DNA of 64,000 bases from Candidatus Poribacteria bacterium (GTDB taxonomy: Bacteria > Poribacteria > WGA-4E > PCPOR2b), in contig OZ244587.1 in NCBI GenBank assembly GCA_965218095.1, positions 2,848,001 through 2,912,000 of the forward strand. Direction: 5' to 3'. Both the position numbers and the translations under genes were made by a program. The notes beneath the pieces are model-generated. The model was not told the DNA's origin. It saw only the letters and a list, made by a program, of their open reading frames with translations, and made no database searches. Shown here piece by piece: positions 29,533 through 40,038 of this stretch. Position 1 is the stretch's first letter, and every line of letters starts with the position of its first letter.

Positions 29533-31320
29533 ATGAAAAAAAGGGCGATTGTTTTCGTCGCGATTGCGGCGCTATTGTTGACGAGTTGGCCGCTTGCGCT
29601 GTCAGTTTCTACCATAGTCGCGGGATTCAACTGGGACGGCAAACAGCACCAGATTTCCCTGGGAGACCTTGAGGCGGCAATTGCAGAACTGGTGATATTC
29701 CGCCAGCAGAACTACAAAACCAGAGCGGGGAAGGCGGAATATCTGGACGAACTGATTGATAAGAAGCTGAAACACCTCGCCGCGCTTGAGAAGGGATTTG
29801 ATAAAGATGAAGCGTTGCTCGAAAAAGTGGAACGCGTAAAACATCAACTGATGATCAAACGGATAGCGGCGATTGAAGTCAATGAGAAGATCTCCTATAC
29901 GGAGGAAGACCTCCAGCAGTATTACGGGGTGCATAAAGATAAGTATGTGAAAGATGAGCAATGCCGGGCGACCTGTATCAGCATGACAGATAAAAACCGA
30001 TCGCAAGAAGTATTGGAGCTCATCAAAGGTGGTGAAGACATCCTTGATGTGGCGCAGGAGCTCACGAAAACAGAGGAACTGGTCGGTCCCGGATCCCGAG
30101 GAGCAGGAGACACGGGTTTCTTTTCTCAAGATGATGCCCCCGCCTGGCGAGAGTTCATCAATGCCGTTTTTGAACAAGAGGTTGGCGAGATGACCGATGA
30201 GGTCGTCGAACTTGAGACCGGTAATAAGAAGTACTACCTAATTTTCCGCAAAGAAGAGTACAAACCTCCATACCAACACACGTTTGACGAGGTCAGGTCC
30301 TCGGTTGAGAATGCAGTGGAACGCAAGAAAAAACCGCAACGAATGGCGGAGTGGGTTGAAGAGGTAAAACAGGTGGGACAACTCAAAATCTATCCCGACC
30401 GCCTCCCTGAATTTCTACCGGATGAACAAGATGTAGAAATGCGTCCGGAAGGCGTGGTCATCGCGGAATTTGAATGGGATGGGAAACATCAAATCACGCT
30501 TGAAGAAATGTTGGAGGAGATTCGTGAACTCCCTGAATACAAACAAAAGTGGTATAAAGATAAGGAGACGTTCGAGGTACATATAAACCTCATGGCAGAG
30601 AGCCGTTTGGTACTCTACCTTGCCAAAGATCGGAAGCTTGATGAAGACCCCGAGGTCGTGAAGAACGTGCAAGACTATCTGCGGAAACGGATGATTGATA
30701 AAATTACCGAGCTCGAAGTCGATAAGAAGCTCACGCTGACTGATGAAGACTACAGACGCTACTATGAGGCGCATAAAAGCGATTATATCGAGCCTGACCA
30801 GGTGCGACTCACGTGCATTACCCTCGCAAACGAAGAGCGTGCAAAAGAAGTCCTCCGGTGGCTAGAGGGTGGAGAAGACATCGCTGAAATTGCCGAAGAA
30901 CTATCCGCGAGCGGAGAATTGCGTGACCTTGGGGACAAGGGCATACCCCCTGGCGACACAGGCTTTTTGAGTCGCATGGCGCTTCCTGAGTTACAACGTC
31001 TCACTGATGTCGCATTTGCTATGGAAATTGGCCAGGTAACTGAAGACATCGTCCCGATTGAGTTCCAGGGCCAGCACTACTATGCACTCTTCCGCAAAGA
31101 GGAATACCGAGAGCCTCGCCAAAAAACGCTCGATGATGAGCTCGTGCGCAGCAACGTGGAAAGCGACACCGAGATTGCGACGCGCAACGCACTTATGAAC
31201 AACTGGATTGCGCAACTTCGCGAACGTGCGAAGGTTAAAACCTATATCGACCATATTCCCGAGACGCCGGAGGACTCTGAAAGCGAATCTCCTTCCGCCA
31301 GCGATTCCAGTATGGATTGA
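29533..31320 (+). CDS. Secreted tandem PpiC/parvulin peptidyl-prolyl isomerase (PrsA/SurA-like)
   Basis: Signal peptide at 29533; two repeats with GDTGF..F..AVF..EVGE. Confidence 0.82.
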   Translation: MKKRAIVFVAIAALLLTSWPLALSVSTIVAGFNWDGKQHQISLGDLEAAIAELVIFRQQNYKTRAGKAEYLDELIDKKLKHLAALEKGFDKDEALLEKVERVKHQLMIKRIAAIEVNEKISYTEEDLQQYYGVHKDKYVKDEQCRATCISMTDKNRSQEVLELIKGGEDILDVAQELTKTEELVGPGSRGAGDTGFFSQDDAPAWREFINAVFEQEVGEMTDEVVELETGNKKYYLIFRKEEYKPPYQHTFDEVRSSVENAVERKKKPQRMAEWVEEVKQVGQLKIYPDRLPEFLPDEQDVEMRPEGVVIAEFEWDGKHQITLEEMLEEIRELPEYKQKWYKDKETFEVHINLMAESRLVLYLAKDRKLDEDPEVVKNVQDYLRKRMIDKITELEVDKKLTLTDEDYRRYYEAHKSDYIEPDQVRLTCITLANEERAKEVLRWLEGGEDIAEIAEELSASGELRDLGDKGIPPGDTGFLSRMALPELQRLTDVAFAMEIGQVTEDIVPIEFQGQHYYALFRKEEYREPRQKTLDDELVRSNVESDTEIATRNALMNNWIAQLRERAKVKTYIDHIPETPEDSESESPSASDSSMD

Positions 31321-31382
31321 CGAAGAAAAGGTCAGTAATAGGCGTATGTGGAATCTGACTTTCCCGTTTCTCCTTTTACTCC

Positions 31383-31526
31383 TAATACTGGATTACGAGT
31401 AAAATTTCCTATGCCGACCTCCCCCGGCCCCTCCTTCGCAAGGAGGGGAGAGAGGAGTTCTCCCCCTTGCGAAGGGGGAGTTAGAGGGGGTTGTGTTATG
31501 GGAAATTATTTTCCTAAATCAGTATA
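31383..31526. mobile_element. MITE-like element with internal GC-rich hairpins
   Basis: Ends ATACTGGATTA..ATTTCC and GGAAAT..CCTAAATCAGTAT; inner CCCCTCCTTCGCAAGGAGGGG and CTCCCCCTTGCGAAGGGGGAG. Confidence 0.6.
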
Positions 31527-31908
31527 ACCCGTTCAATTCCTTAAGTTGACATCTATGCTATGCCCCTGCTCCCCTCCCCACTCTCTCACCCCGATAGCTC
31601 CGGGCAGGCTCTGTCCCCTCCGCCCCAAAGTTGGGAACATTCGTCCGGAAGCGACTAGCGCTTAACTAACACCTTCTTTACACACCCACAAATTCTTTCG
31701 GCTTGATATTTATACCTCATAAAGTGTATAATTCAATCTATGAAAAGTTGATCAAGTTTGTACGCTTGGATAAAAGTGTACGATAAGGTATTGGCGTAGG
31801 CGGTATCAAGTATTGGGTCATGTCACACACGGACCGGATACGCAATACCATCGACTCAATACCTGTTTTTTTATCAAATGGCTGAAACCGACAAAGGAGG
31901 AATCTAAA

Positions 31909-32277
31909 ATGAAACGGCCAATTGGTATTACAATTCTCAGTCTCGTGTTTCTGTTTGCGATGAGCGGTTCGATGGCGCAAGGCGCCGTTGCCGGTGCGCA
32001 GATAGAGTTTATCGCTGACGAAGCCAACTTCGTCAACGGTGACTGGAAGAACAGCGGCGTAGCGGGCAAGAAACTGAAAGGTGGGAAGAAACTCGGGAGA
32101 GACACGCCGGTTTTCGCCCATAGTTTTAGGGAAACGGATTCGACCTTCAATGGCTCCATTCATCTTGTCCGAGTGTATGACCGGGTGTTGAACACTGACG
32201 AGATTGCCGAAAACCTCAGTGTTGAGCCCGCCAACAAACTCACAACCACCTGGGGGCGTGTCAAAACGCAGTATTAG
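31909..32277 (+). pseudogene. LamG-like protein with a large in-frame internal deletion
   Basis: N- and C-termini match 46668-47540; middle missing after RDTPVF; ends VEPANKLTTTWGRVK. Confidence 0.75.
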
Positions 32278-32845
32278 GTTGTGTTGACAAACTATCTGAA
32301 GATTGAGTGGGAGTTAGTTCCGTAGGGTGATGTAGTCAACACCCTCTAATGCCCCCTCAAGGAGGAATAAAGGGGAGTGTTGACCCTTATCCCATACGCA
32401 TCAACTTAACGTCCCGATCTATCGGGGCTAATAGCTCAAGTTGTCTCAAGACAACTCAATGCAGTTATAGTCCACTTTCAAGGGAAGAAAACCATCCTTC
32501 CTTTCCTTCCGTTCTTCCCTTCCGTTCTTCCTTTTCTTCCGCTCTAATGCCGCGTTTTTATTCAGAAACGGTATAAGTACTTACTTAGAGGTATCGGGAA
32601 CATCCATTGAAAACACAGCATGGGTAACAGTGTTTCCGTAGCGAGTGTGATACGCGTTGACAAATCGAGTGGCTGTGACCGATAATTAGTCGTTGGGAAC
32701 CTCCGTGGGAATCAGGATTGTTTGTGCCAGAACAACCTTAATTTTCCCATTTTTTTGGAAGTTTCTGACAACGCTGGATTATGCGGTTGATGGCGGCATC
32801 TTAACGGCTCAACCGTTCATAGGAGATTAAAACTAGGAGAAACCA

Positions 32846-33667
32846 ATGACATCTGCTTTATCCAACTATGACCTGGATCTGAAACTTGCCGAGTTGAAGA
32901 TCAACGGTTACATTACCTTTGAAGACTTGATACCTGTTGAGACAATCGATCGGATACGTGAAGCTTTTCTGCCATTTTTGGAAACGGTGAGGGCTCACAG
33001 CGACCCCGCAAGCGGCGTAAAGGTACATGGGCACAGCGATGACCGCCTTGTCGTAGAAGGCCGTTTGGGGCAGGTCAATCGTTACACGATGTACGTTCCC
33101 TGGGAGCCGCCGTTTGCCGATCCGGACATTTACGAAAATCCCGCGTTGCTGGCGTTTCTCGACCGGTATTGGGGCAGGAGTGACTATCTGATTACCTGCT
33201 ATCATTCAAACACTCCGTACCCCGGCAGTGAGTACCAGCGGTGGCATCGAGATGGTGGGGTTTCACGCTTAGTTCCGCATGTCGGCTTGGAGATCTGTCC
33301 GCAGTTCGGCGTCAAGTTTCCACTGGTGGATACCTCCGAAGAAAATGGGAGCTTCGAGATATTGCCCGCCACTCAATACCTTGCTGACCCGGAGTTGGAG
33401 GCGCGGTACGACGAGGTTCTGGAGAAGGGTGACTTTCCCACTAGGCGTCGTCTCAACCTGAAGAAAGGAACACTGTGGATTCAGGATCCACGCACGCTCC
33501 ACCGTGGTACGCCCAACGGCTCAGACCACCCCAGGCCGGAGTTGGTGATTTGCTACTCTCTACCCTGGTTCGCATTACGCGTTCCCATCGAAATGACTCA
33601 GGCAGAATTCGACAAACTCTCGGAGCGAGGCAAGCAGATGCTCGCCGGGTGCCGGATCGTCGGATGA
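32846..33667 (+). CDS. PhyH family dioxygenase
   Basis: QRWHRD, PLVDTSEENGS, LHRGTPNGSDHPRP. Confidence 0.92.
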   Translation: MTSALSNYDLDLKLAELKINGYITFEDLIPVETIDRIREAFLPFLETVRAHSDPASGVKVHGHSDDRLVVEGRLGQVNRYTMYVPWEPPFADPDIYENPALLAFLDRYWGRSDYLITCYHSNTPYPGSEYQRWHRDGGVSRLVPHVGLEICPQFGVKFPLVDTSEENGSFEILPATQYLADPELEARYDEVLEKGDFPTRRRLNLKKGTLWIQDPRTLHRGTPNGSDHPRPELVICYSLPWFALRVPIEMTQAEFDKLSERGKQMLAGCRIVG

Positions 33668-33705
33668 AGGCGGCGCCTTACGACTAAAGAGAAGGGCCAT
33701 CCACG

Positions 33706-34308
33706 ATGAACCGCATTGCACCAGAACTCACGGATATCCACCATATCAAACTCAGCTATAGCAAGGACCAGTACGACGGGCATCCCCGTCAGTGCGAAAA
33801 CGATGTAGTGGTGTGGGATTACAACTGCCCCCTGGAGGCGCATCGCGCCCGCTTGTGGAAGACCGACGGACAGGGCGTGGCCCGGGAACAAATCGATCTC
33901 GCCAGTCCGGACGCGGCGATTTACTTCGCCCGCTCGATGATCGGTCGGGCGGGTGACGACGGGAAGCCCACCCAAGAATGTTTTGCCTTCCGCTCTGGGG
34001 ACCGCGGACGGACGTGGGAAACCGTCCCGACACGGGTGTTCCCGCCGCCAGGGCTCAAACATGCGCATGTGGATGGCTATCCGCTGGCGAAGTTCCCCGA
34101 TGGCACGCAGATGGCAGTGGCGTACGTTGGCAGCAGTAGTGACTGAGACCTGGGCTACTCTGTTGCTACGCAACTGAATAATAGGCGCCTCTTCACCGCC
34201 TACTACTTCATGGAGGGCGATGGCAACAACTTCGGTGGGACACGCTACATCGGCGGGAGTTTCTTCCATCTACGCGAGTTTAGGCGTGGAATGTGGATTG
34301 GCGAATGA
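33706..34308 (+). pseudogene. BNR/sialidase-like remnant (internal deletions, in-frame TGA 34144-34146)
   Basis: Collinear pieces of 22301-23569: YDGHPRQC, RSGDRGRTWE, DLGY..TAYY..GGTRYIGGS. Confidence 0.8.
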
Positions 34309-34331
34309 GGTGGTAGGACGGAAGTTTTATC

Positions 34332-34360
34332 TTGACAAGTATCCGTTTTGTGTGTAAACT
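34332..34360 (+). promoter_or_regulatory. Sigma70-like promoter
   Basis: TTGACA-17 bp-TAAACT. Confidence 0.5.
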
Positions 34361-34640
34361 ACTTACTGAACTCATTGCGGGTAGTTTCTTGGAAGTCTAA
34401 TAGAGCGCAGCGAAGAATCTCCTCGTTAAGGTGCAAGCGATCCTTCACTTCGTTCAGCATGGTGGGAGAAGCGCGCGTTTTACTCGCTATAAGTTCACTA
34501 CAAGTAATAAATTCTTCATGCCCCGCATAGGTCTGAAAATTTGTTGAGTGTGTCAATTCTATTTAGGAGATAGAAGGGATATAAGGACGCGAAAGCGTCA
34601 ATGGCGCAGCGTCCAATATCAAAATTAGGAGGATATAATC

Positions 34641-35506
34641 ATGTTACGCGCAATTGCGAGTTTTAGCATCGTAGTTCTCTTTGCAATGACCGTTTCGATC
34701 GCACAAAGTGCCCTCCCGGAACCCTTCCTCTGGCTTGACGCCGCAAACAATCCGGGCGCTGACCAAAATAAATGGGACAACATCGGCACGTCCGGCGGGG
34801 ATATAGGTCCTGGGCAGGATCTTATCTGGGGAGAGCTAATCCGGTTCTCGTAGAGGAAGAGGTCCTGGGTGGTAAATTTAAGGCGTATTACGCCACCAAG
34901 GCCGCAGGACAGTTCTTCGGCGATGATGCTGGCGACGGTCCTCCCTTTCACGTCGAGGACTGGACCTTCGTGATGTGGTTGAGGCAGGATGGCCCAGGCC
35001 ATGGTGGTAATCAGCAACACATTACCGGGTTTTATGATTTCCCCGAGCCAGCCCGTACGCAGTAGCTGTGTTTTCGCTTCGTGCCGCCGGGGACGGGGGG
35101 CATAAACGCCTACATCAGTGGAGGTAAAACCAATAACGCCGAAAGGTTCTCTTTCCTTAGCGGTGTCGATATTGGGAAGAAAAAGTTTCGCTAGGTGGCG
35201 TTCGTCTACAACAATAACGCCGACACTTTCGCAGGCTACATGGATAGTCAGTTGGTCAAAAAGCAAAAGCTCGACAAACCGCAGAACTTTAACAAAGCGA
35301 TAGACATAAGTGTGGCTACGGTCTTTTTAGTTGCCTTTGTCGAGCCTAAGAATCGGAACGCACAGGCCTCAATAGCCATGATCCAGGTATGGGATAGTGC
35401 GCTAGACGCTGCCACGATAGCACGAACCTTCGACGACCCCACGCTATCGGTGCATCCTGGCGGCAAACTCTCAACAACCTGGGGCCGTGTGAAGGCAGGG
35501 TTTTAA
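34641..35506 (+). pseudogene. LamG-like paralog of 24072-24941 (frameshift ~34825; TAG 35063 and 35192)
   Basis: Shares WLDAxNNPG..NKWDNIGTSGGD and FFGDDAGDGPPFHVED; ends VHPGGKLSTTWGRVK. Confidence 0.88.
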
Positions 35507-35569
35507 CCTTTGGCCCTAATGCAGATGAACACAACGCTTGACAAAATCAGCATTCATGCGGGTTTCAGT

Positions 35570-35607
35570 AGGGCACGGTAGGTATGCCATGCCCTTTTTT
35601 ATTTTCT
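35570..35607 (+). terminator. Intrinsic terminator
   Basis: AGGGCACGG..CCATGCCCT plus T-run. Confidence 0.6.
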
Positions 35608-36028
35608 TCTCAGCTCTGCACGGATGCTTGATGAGCCTGTCTGTGTGCGGATACGCCGGGCAGGCACAGGCAGCAGACACGCACAGACCGGTTAGGCAAA
35701 AGTACAAAGTCAGGATTTCAGCGCATTGCTCCCATTGAAGAGACAAAATTACCTGCGTATTGGGTATTGCGTCAGACGTGATGCGTGAATGAACTCATTT
35801 CCTTTCTTCCCCTTTCCTCATTTTCCCATTCCCTTGTCTCCACGCCCTATACTCCCAAAGGTCACAGATATAATTTTGAGGTATCGACGAAAAGTGTAGT
35901 TTATGCCCTTGCCAGGTGTAATACCATTTGTAGTTTGAAATGAGACGATTCAGACTCGTAGCCGAATTCGTGAGAATTTGGTCAAGTCCGCTGATTACCA
36001 ATTTCCGCGACCAAGCGAAGAAGGCACT

Positions 36029-36410
36029 ATGGCAACGTATCCATCCAGAAGAAGACTGGGCGTGCGAAAAGTTCAAGTGCGGGACGTAGAGCACATCCGC
36101 GTCCACTACGATCCGAACCTCTACCTGTATGCCCCCAACTACGGCGGCATCTGGAACTTTGGCGACGGTGAGATTGCAGTGGCCTACCTGGTGGGGCCAG
36201 TGGATTACCAGGCCCCGCCCGTCCCTGTCCCGACGGGCCGTCACGCCCACCCGACCAACGAGCGCGGGGCAAAGGCCGGCGGCGTGATGCCCAGTCGCTC
36301 GTTGGACTACAGGCAGACCTAGCCCGACAGTGAGCGCACCTGGATCTGGAATAACGACCGGGCTCAAGATAAGATTCTAGACTGGTTACGCCCGGTCAAC
36401 CCCGATATGA
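36029..36410 (+). pseudogene. 5' fragment of a BNR/sialidase-like gene (TAG 36320, truncated)
   Basis: Aligns with the N-terminus of 37770-39035 (GGIWNFGDGEI; T*PDSERTWIWNND). Confidence 0.8.
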
Positions 36411-36464
36411 GCCTGCGAATTGATTCGCAGGCTCAAAACACTTTAATGACACCAAAGGAGATGT

Positions 36465-37421
36465 TTGTCAATGAAAGGGTTCGACTTGTTCCATCCCAAA
36501 ATTGCGCCCAAAGGCGTTGCGACACTCCTCAAGACGCCACTGCTCGACGACGGTCGGCTTGACAAGACTTCCTTCGTTCGTCAAACCAAGCATGTCGTCG
36601 ACGTTGGTACATGCCTTGCCATTACAGGCATGGTTGGCAGCGAAACCTATGCGCTCTCCGACGCTGAGCGTGTTCGTTGCTTAGAGCTCACGCTTGACAT
36701 CTGTGAGGGCCATGTCCCCGTGTGCGCCGCCGTTGTGGGCGTGTCGGTGCACGAGGTGGTTGCCGCAGCCGAGCGCGCCGCGGAAATGGGTGCAGATCTG
36801 ATCGCAGTTGTACCACCGCCTTGGACAATCAACGAAGCTGACATCGCGATTTGCGTCAAGGCGGTGGCGAGCGCTATTTCGCGCCCCATCATGGTGCACT
36901 CACTCGGTGGTGCGGGCGTGACATGGTCCGTTGAGGGCCTGGCGAAGCTTCCCATGGAAGCGCCAAACGTTCTTTACCTGAAAGAGGAGTCTGAATTTGC
37001 CTGGCGACGTGTCAGTCAGCTTCTCGAACAGCCCGGCGGGGAAGCCTACCGGCGCATCATGGTGGGGCCGCCGCTCGTGCTGGGCTATCTGGCCGGTGCG
37101 CGCCTGTTCATGTCGGCGGCGGATTTGATTGAAGGGTTCATCGCGGTTTTCGACGCCCTTGAGGCCGGTAATCTCGCGGAGGCGCGGCGTATCGACGCCC
37201 TCATTGGCTCGATCACGTTCTTCAAGCGATACATGCGCGGCGAATCCAGCAACAAGCTCATCATGCACCGGCGCGGGCTGTTCGCTTCACCCCTGAGAGC
37301 CTCGCCATCAGTGACAGGCGGGCTCAAAGATTTCACGCCGGGTGAGGAGGACGAGCTCACGGAATTGCTGCGTCCTCTCCTCCCCTACTTCGCCAAGTCC
37401 CCACCGAAGCCGCCGGCATAA
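36465..37421 (+). CDS. Dihydrodipicolinate synthase-family (class I aldolase) protein
   Basis: TPLLDDGRLD, SETYALSDAER, GADLIAVVPP, YLKEES. Confidence 0.85.
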   Translation: MSMKGFDLFHPKIAPKGVATLLKTPLLDDGRLDKTSFVRQTKHVVDVGTCLAITGMVGSETYALSDAERVRCLELTLDICEGHVPVCAAVVGVSVHEVVAAAERAAEMGADLIAVVPPPWTINEADIAICVKAVASAISRPIMVHSLGGAGVTWSVEGLAKLPMEAPNVLYLKEESEFAWRRVSQLLEQPGGEAYRRIMVGPPLVLGYLAGARLFMSAADLIEGFIAVFDALEAGNLAEARRIDALIGSITFFKRYMRGESSNKLIMHRRGLFASPLRASPSVTGGLKDFTPGEEDELTELLRPLLPYFAKSPPKPPA

Positions 37422-37769
37422 CTGCCTGATAAATACCTGACCATATTGCTTGATTGCAAATTTCTAAGTTAAAGAGAAAGTTGTTGACGGATGGTAAGGA
37501 CTTTTGCTAAACTAACGTGAGTTCGATAGTGCGCTCTGGAGGAGCTACACATGGACGCGAGTGTGTGAGGCTTCTTAGTCCCTCGCTTCCCTGTGCTCGT
37601 CCGATCCCATCGGACTTACGCAGAATTCTTCCGTCAGGCACTTCCGCCGACGTGTACTAGGGCTTCACGGCAGAAGTTTCTAGCCAGTAGGTTGGGATCC
37701 GATCACACAAACCTCCCAATAATTCCCACGCATTTCTGTCTGAAGCGTGCCAAACGAAAGGAAAAAACA

Positions 37770-39035
37770 ATGTCCGAGAAACAGATTATCAAATCGAGAA
37801 GAAGCGTCGGCATCAAACAGGTACAGGTGCAAGACGTGCATCACGTTCGCGTCTTCTACGATGAGAATATGTACGCCGGCCACACTAACCGGGGGGGCAT
37901 CTGGAACTTCGGGGATGGCGAGATTACGGTGGCGCATCTGCTCAAGCCCTGCAAATACGAGACAGACAGCGATGTTGGTCACTACTATTCAATGCCTGAG
38001 GGCGGCGTGATGCTCAACCGCTCATTCGACAATGGGGAAACGTGGCCCAAAAGTGAGAGGAACTGGATCTGGAACAACGATCAATCTACATATGATCTGA
38101 CAGAGTGGCTGCGGCCGGTCGACGCCGAGCAGCGCGAGCAGATCGACCTGTCTGCTCCGGATTCGATGATGCACTTCTGTTATACGCACTACTGTCGTGG
38201 CGGATATGGGGCACCCTGGCCATGGACGGGGTTTTGCGTGCGAAGCAAAGACCGCGGCCGCACCTGGGAGAAAAAGCCCACGCGGATCGAGGGTCCCGGC
38301 GGGGCGATGGGTCTCGGTATTCTCATCGTCAACCTAGGCCATGTCCGGTTTGACAACGGTGTGCTAGGCGTCGTCGGGACCGCATACGCTGACGACGGTG
38401 TTCGCCACACATGTTTCTACGTGAGCTACGACAACGGTCTGTCGTGGGAGTTTCTCAGCAGAATTATCGCCTCTGAGGAGGGACGGGATGCCGGTGGCGA
38501 CGAGCGAGGCCGCTACACCTACACAGGACTACATCTACTTCCGGACGGGAGGCTGTTCTGCTGTATGCACAGGATTCCTGGGAACCTACCATGCATCACG
38601 TACTCCGAAGATAGTGGGACGACCTGGTCACCACCGCGATTCATTGTTGGCCCCGAATCCTACTCGATTCCCGTAACTGCACCAAAAGCCGACTACCCAT
38701 CGGACATCCCCGGCCGCGTCCGTTATCGGTCGCCCTGCGCCCTTGTCCTCCGCGACGGACGAATCGTCGTCCTCTTTGCCAGGCGCGCGATGCCCGCCAA
38801 AGGCGGCAACGGCATTCTCGGTGTGGTCAGCGACGACCTGGGCGAAACCTGGAGCAAAGAGTTTGTGATCCGGGGCGATGACTACACTGGAGATTGCGGC
38901 TACCCGGTGCTCACCGAATTGGACGACAGCAGAATCTTCACGGCTTACTATTTCACAGAAAAGCAGAGCGATCAGCCGGAGCCCTTTGCTACCGCTGTGC
39001 GTCACATCGCCGGCACATTTTTCAAACTGGATTAG
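37770..39035 (+). CDS. BNR/Asp-box (sialidase-like) protein
   Basis: SFDNGETW, SKDRGRTW, SYDNGLSW, SEDSGTTW, SDDLGETW, DCGYP. Confidence 0.88.
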   Translation: MSEKQIIKSRRSVGIKQVQVQDVHHVRVFYDENMYAGHTNRGGIWNFGDGEITVAHLLKPCKYETDSDVGHYYSMPEGGVMLNRSFDNGETWPKSERNWIWNNDQSTYDLTEWLRPVDAEQREQIDLSAPDSMMHFCYTHYCRGGYGAPWPWTGFCVRSKDRGRTWEKKPTRIEGPGGAMGLGILIVNLGHVRFDNGVLGVVGTAYADDGVRHTCFYVSYDNGLSWEFLSRIIASEEGRDAGGDERGRYTYTGLHLLPDGRLFCCMHRIPGNLPCITYSEDSGTTWSPPRFIVGPESYSIPVTAPKADYPSDIPGRVRYRSPCALVLRDGRIVVLFARRAMPAKGGNGILGVVSDDLGETWSKEFVIRGDDYTGDCGYPVLTELDDSRIFTAYYFTEKQSDQPEPFATAVRHIAGTFFKLD

Positions 39036-39194
39036 GGTGGGTTGGAAGGAAAGGAAGGATGGAAGAAAGGGAAGAATGACCTTTTCCTCCTTCCTTTCTT
39101 CCATCCTTCCGTTTCGGATCAACCCACCATTTCAAACCCACAGGTATATAAGTGAAAAACTCATAAGAGGAAACTTTCCTTTTGAGGAGGAGTC

Positions 39195-39992
39195 ATGACA
39201 ATCGATGAGATATTGCTGCATTTGGATATAGATGGCTGGTATGTAGTCGAAGGGGTCATCCCTGAAGATGAAGTAGATGCGATACGCGAAAGCGTAGAAG
39301 CCGCGACAGTATCGAAGGGCCAAAGTCGAACATATACAGGGGTGGTTAGTGCGCGAGGCATCCTTGAATCCATCCTACCCTTCATGCATTACGTGAATGA
39401 CGAGCGCATATTAGGCGTGGCGGAGACCTGGTTCGGTCCCCATGTGCGGAGTTCTTTTACCAACTCCATCATCAACATGCCAGGAAATGAGCGGGGCGGC
39501 TGGCACGCGGACTGGCCGTTCAATCAAGAGAAAGCAGGGTGCATTCCCGCGCCCTATCCCGACGCGGTTATGCAGCTCTCAACGTTGTGGATGCTCTCGC
39601 CGTTCTCTGATGAAACGGGCGGCACACTCATCGTCCCCGGAAGCCACCGGACGACCAATAATCCGACGGGCGCCATGGGCGTGGATCGCTTTCAACCTTA
39701 CCGAACCGAAATGCAGGTCACAGGTAGCCCGGGCAGCGTACTATTGTTTGACAGCCGCCTGTGGCATTCGACCGCAGCCAATCACAGTGACAAGCCGCGG
39801 TTTGCGATGGTGGTGCGCTATGCGCCGTGGTGGCTCAATCTGGACGTGCTGATGCCGGGCTCGGAGGAACGCATCCGCATGGTGGACGAGACGGGCAAGT
39901 TAGAAAACGAGGTCCCACCAGTCCCGAGGCACGTTTATGAGGCGCTCCCGGACGATGTGCAGCCGCTGTATCGGCACTGGGTCAGGGGGTAA
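39195..39992 (+). CDS. PhyH family dioxygenase
   Basis: GWHADW, GGTLIVPGSH, FDSRLWHSTAAN.S..R. Confidence 0.93.
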   Translation: MTIDEILLHLDIDGWYVVEGVIPEDEVDAIRESVEAATVSKGQSRTYTGVVSARGILESILPFMHYVNDERILGVAETWFGPHVRSSFTNSIINMPGNERGGWHADWPFNQEKAGCIPAPYPDAVMQLSTLWMLSPFSDETGGTLIVPGSHRTTNNPTGAMGVDRFQPYRTEMQVTGSPGSVLLFDSRLWHSTAANHSDKPRFAMVVRYAPWWLNLDVLMPGSEERIRMVDETGKLENEVPPVPRHVYEALPDDVQPLYRHWVRG

Positions 39993-40038
39993 GGTTGTGA
40001 GCATTCTCTCAACGCTTTAGTGATCGTACACAACGTAG

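Noticed and set aside
34144-34146. Selenocysteine at the in-frame TGA of the BNR remnant
   Set aside because: Not a redox motif, it lies at a deletion junction in a decayed gene, and no convincing SECIS is present.
37593-37769. N-terminal extension of the BNR ORF (likewise 51977-52129 for dapB)
   Set aside because: RBS position and homology indicate starts at 37770 and 52130.
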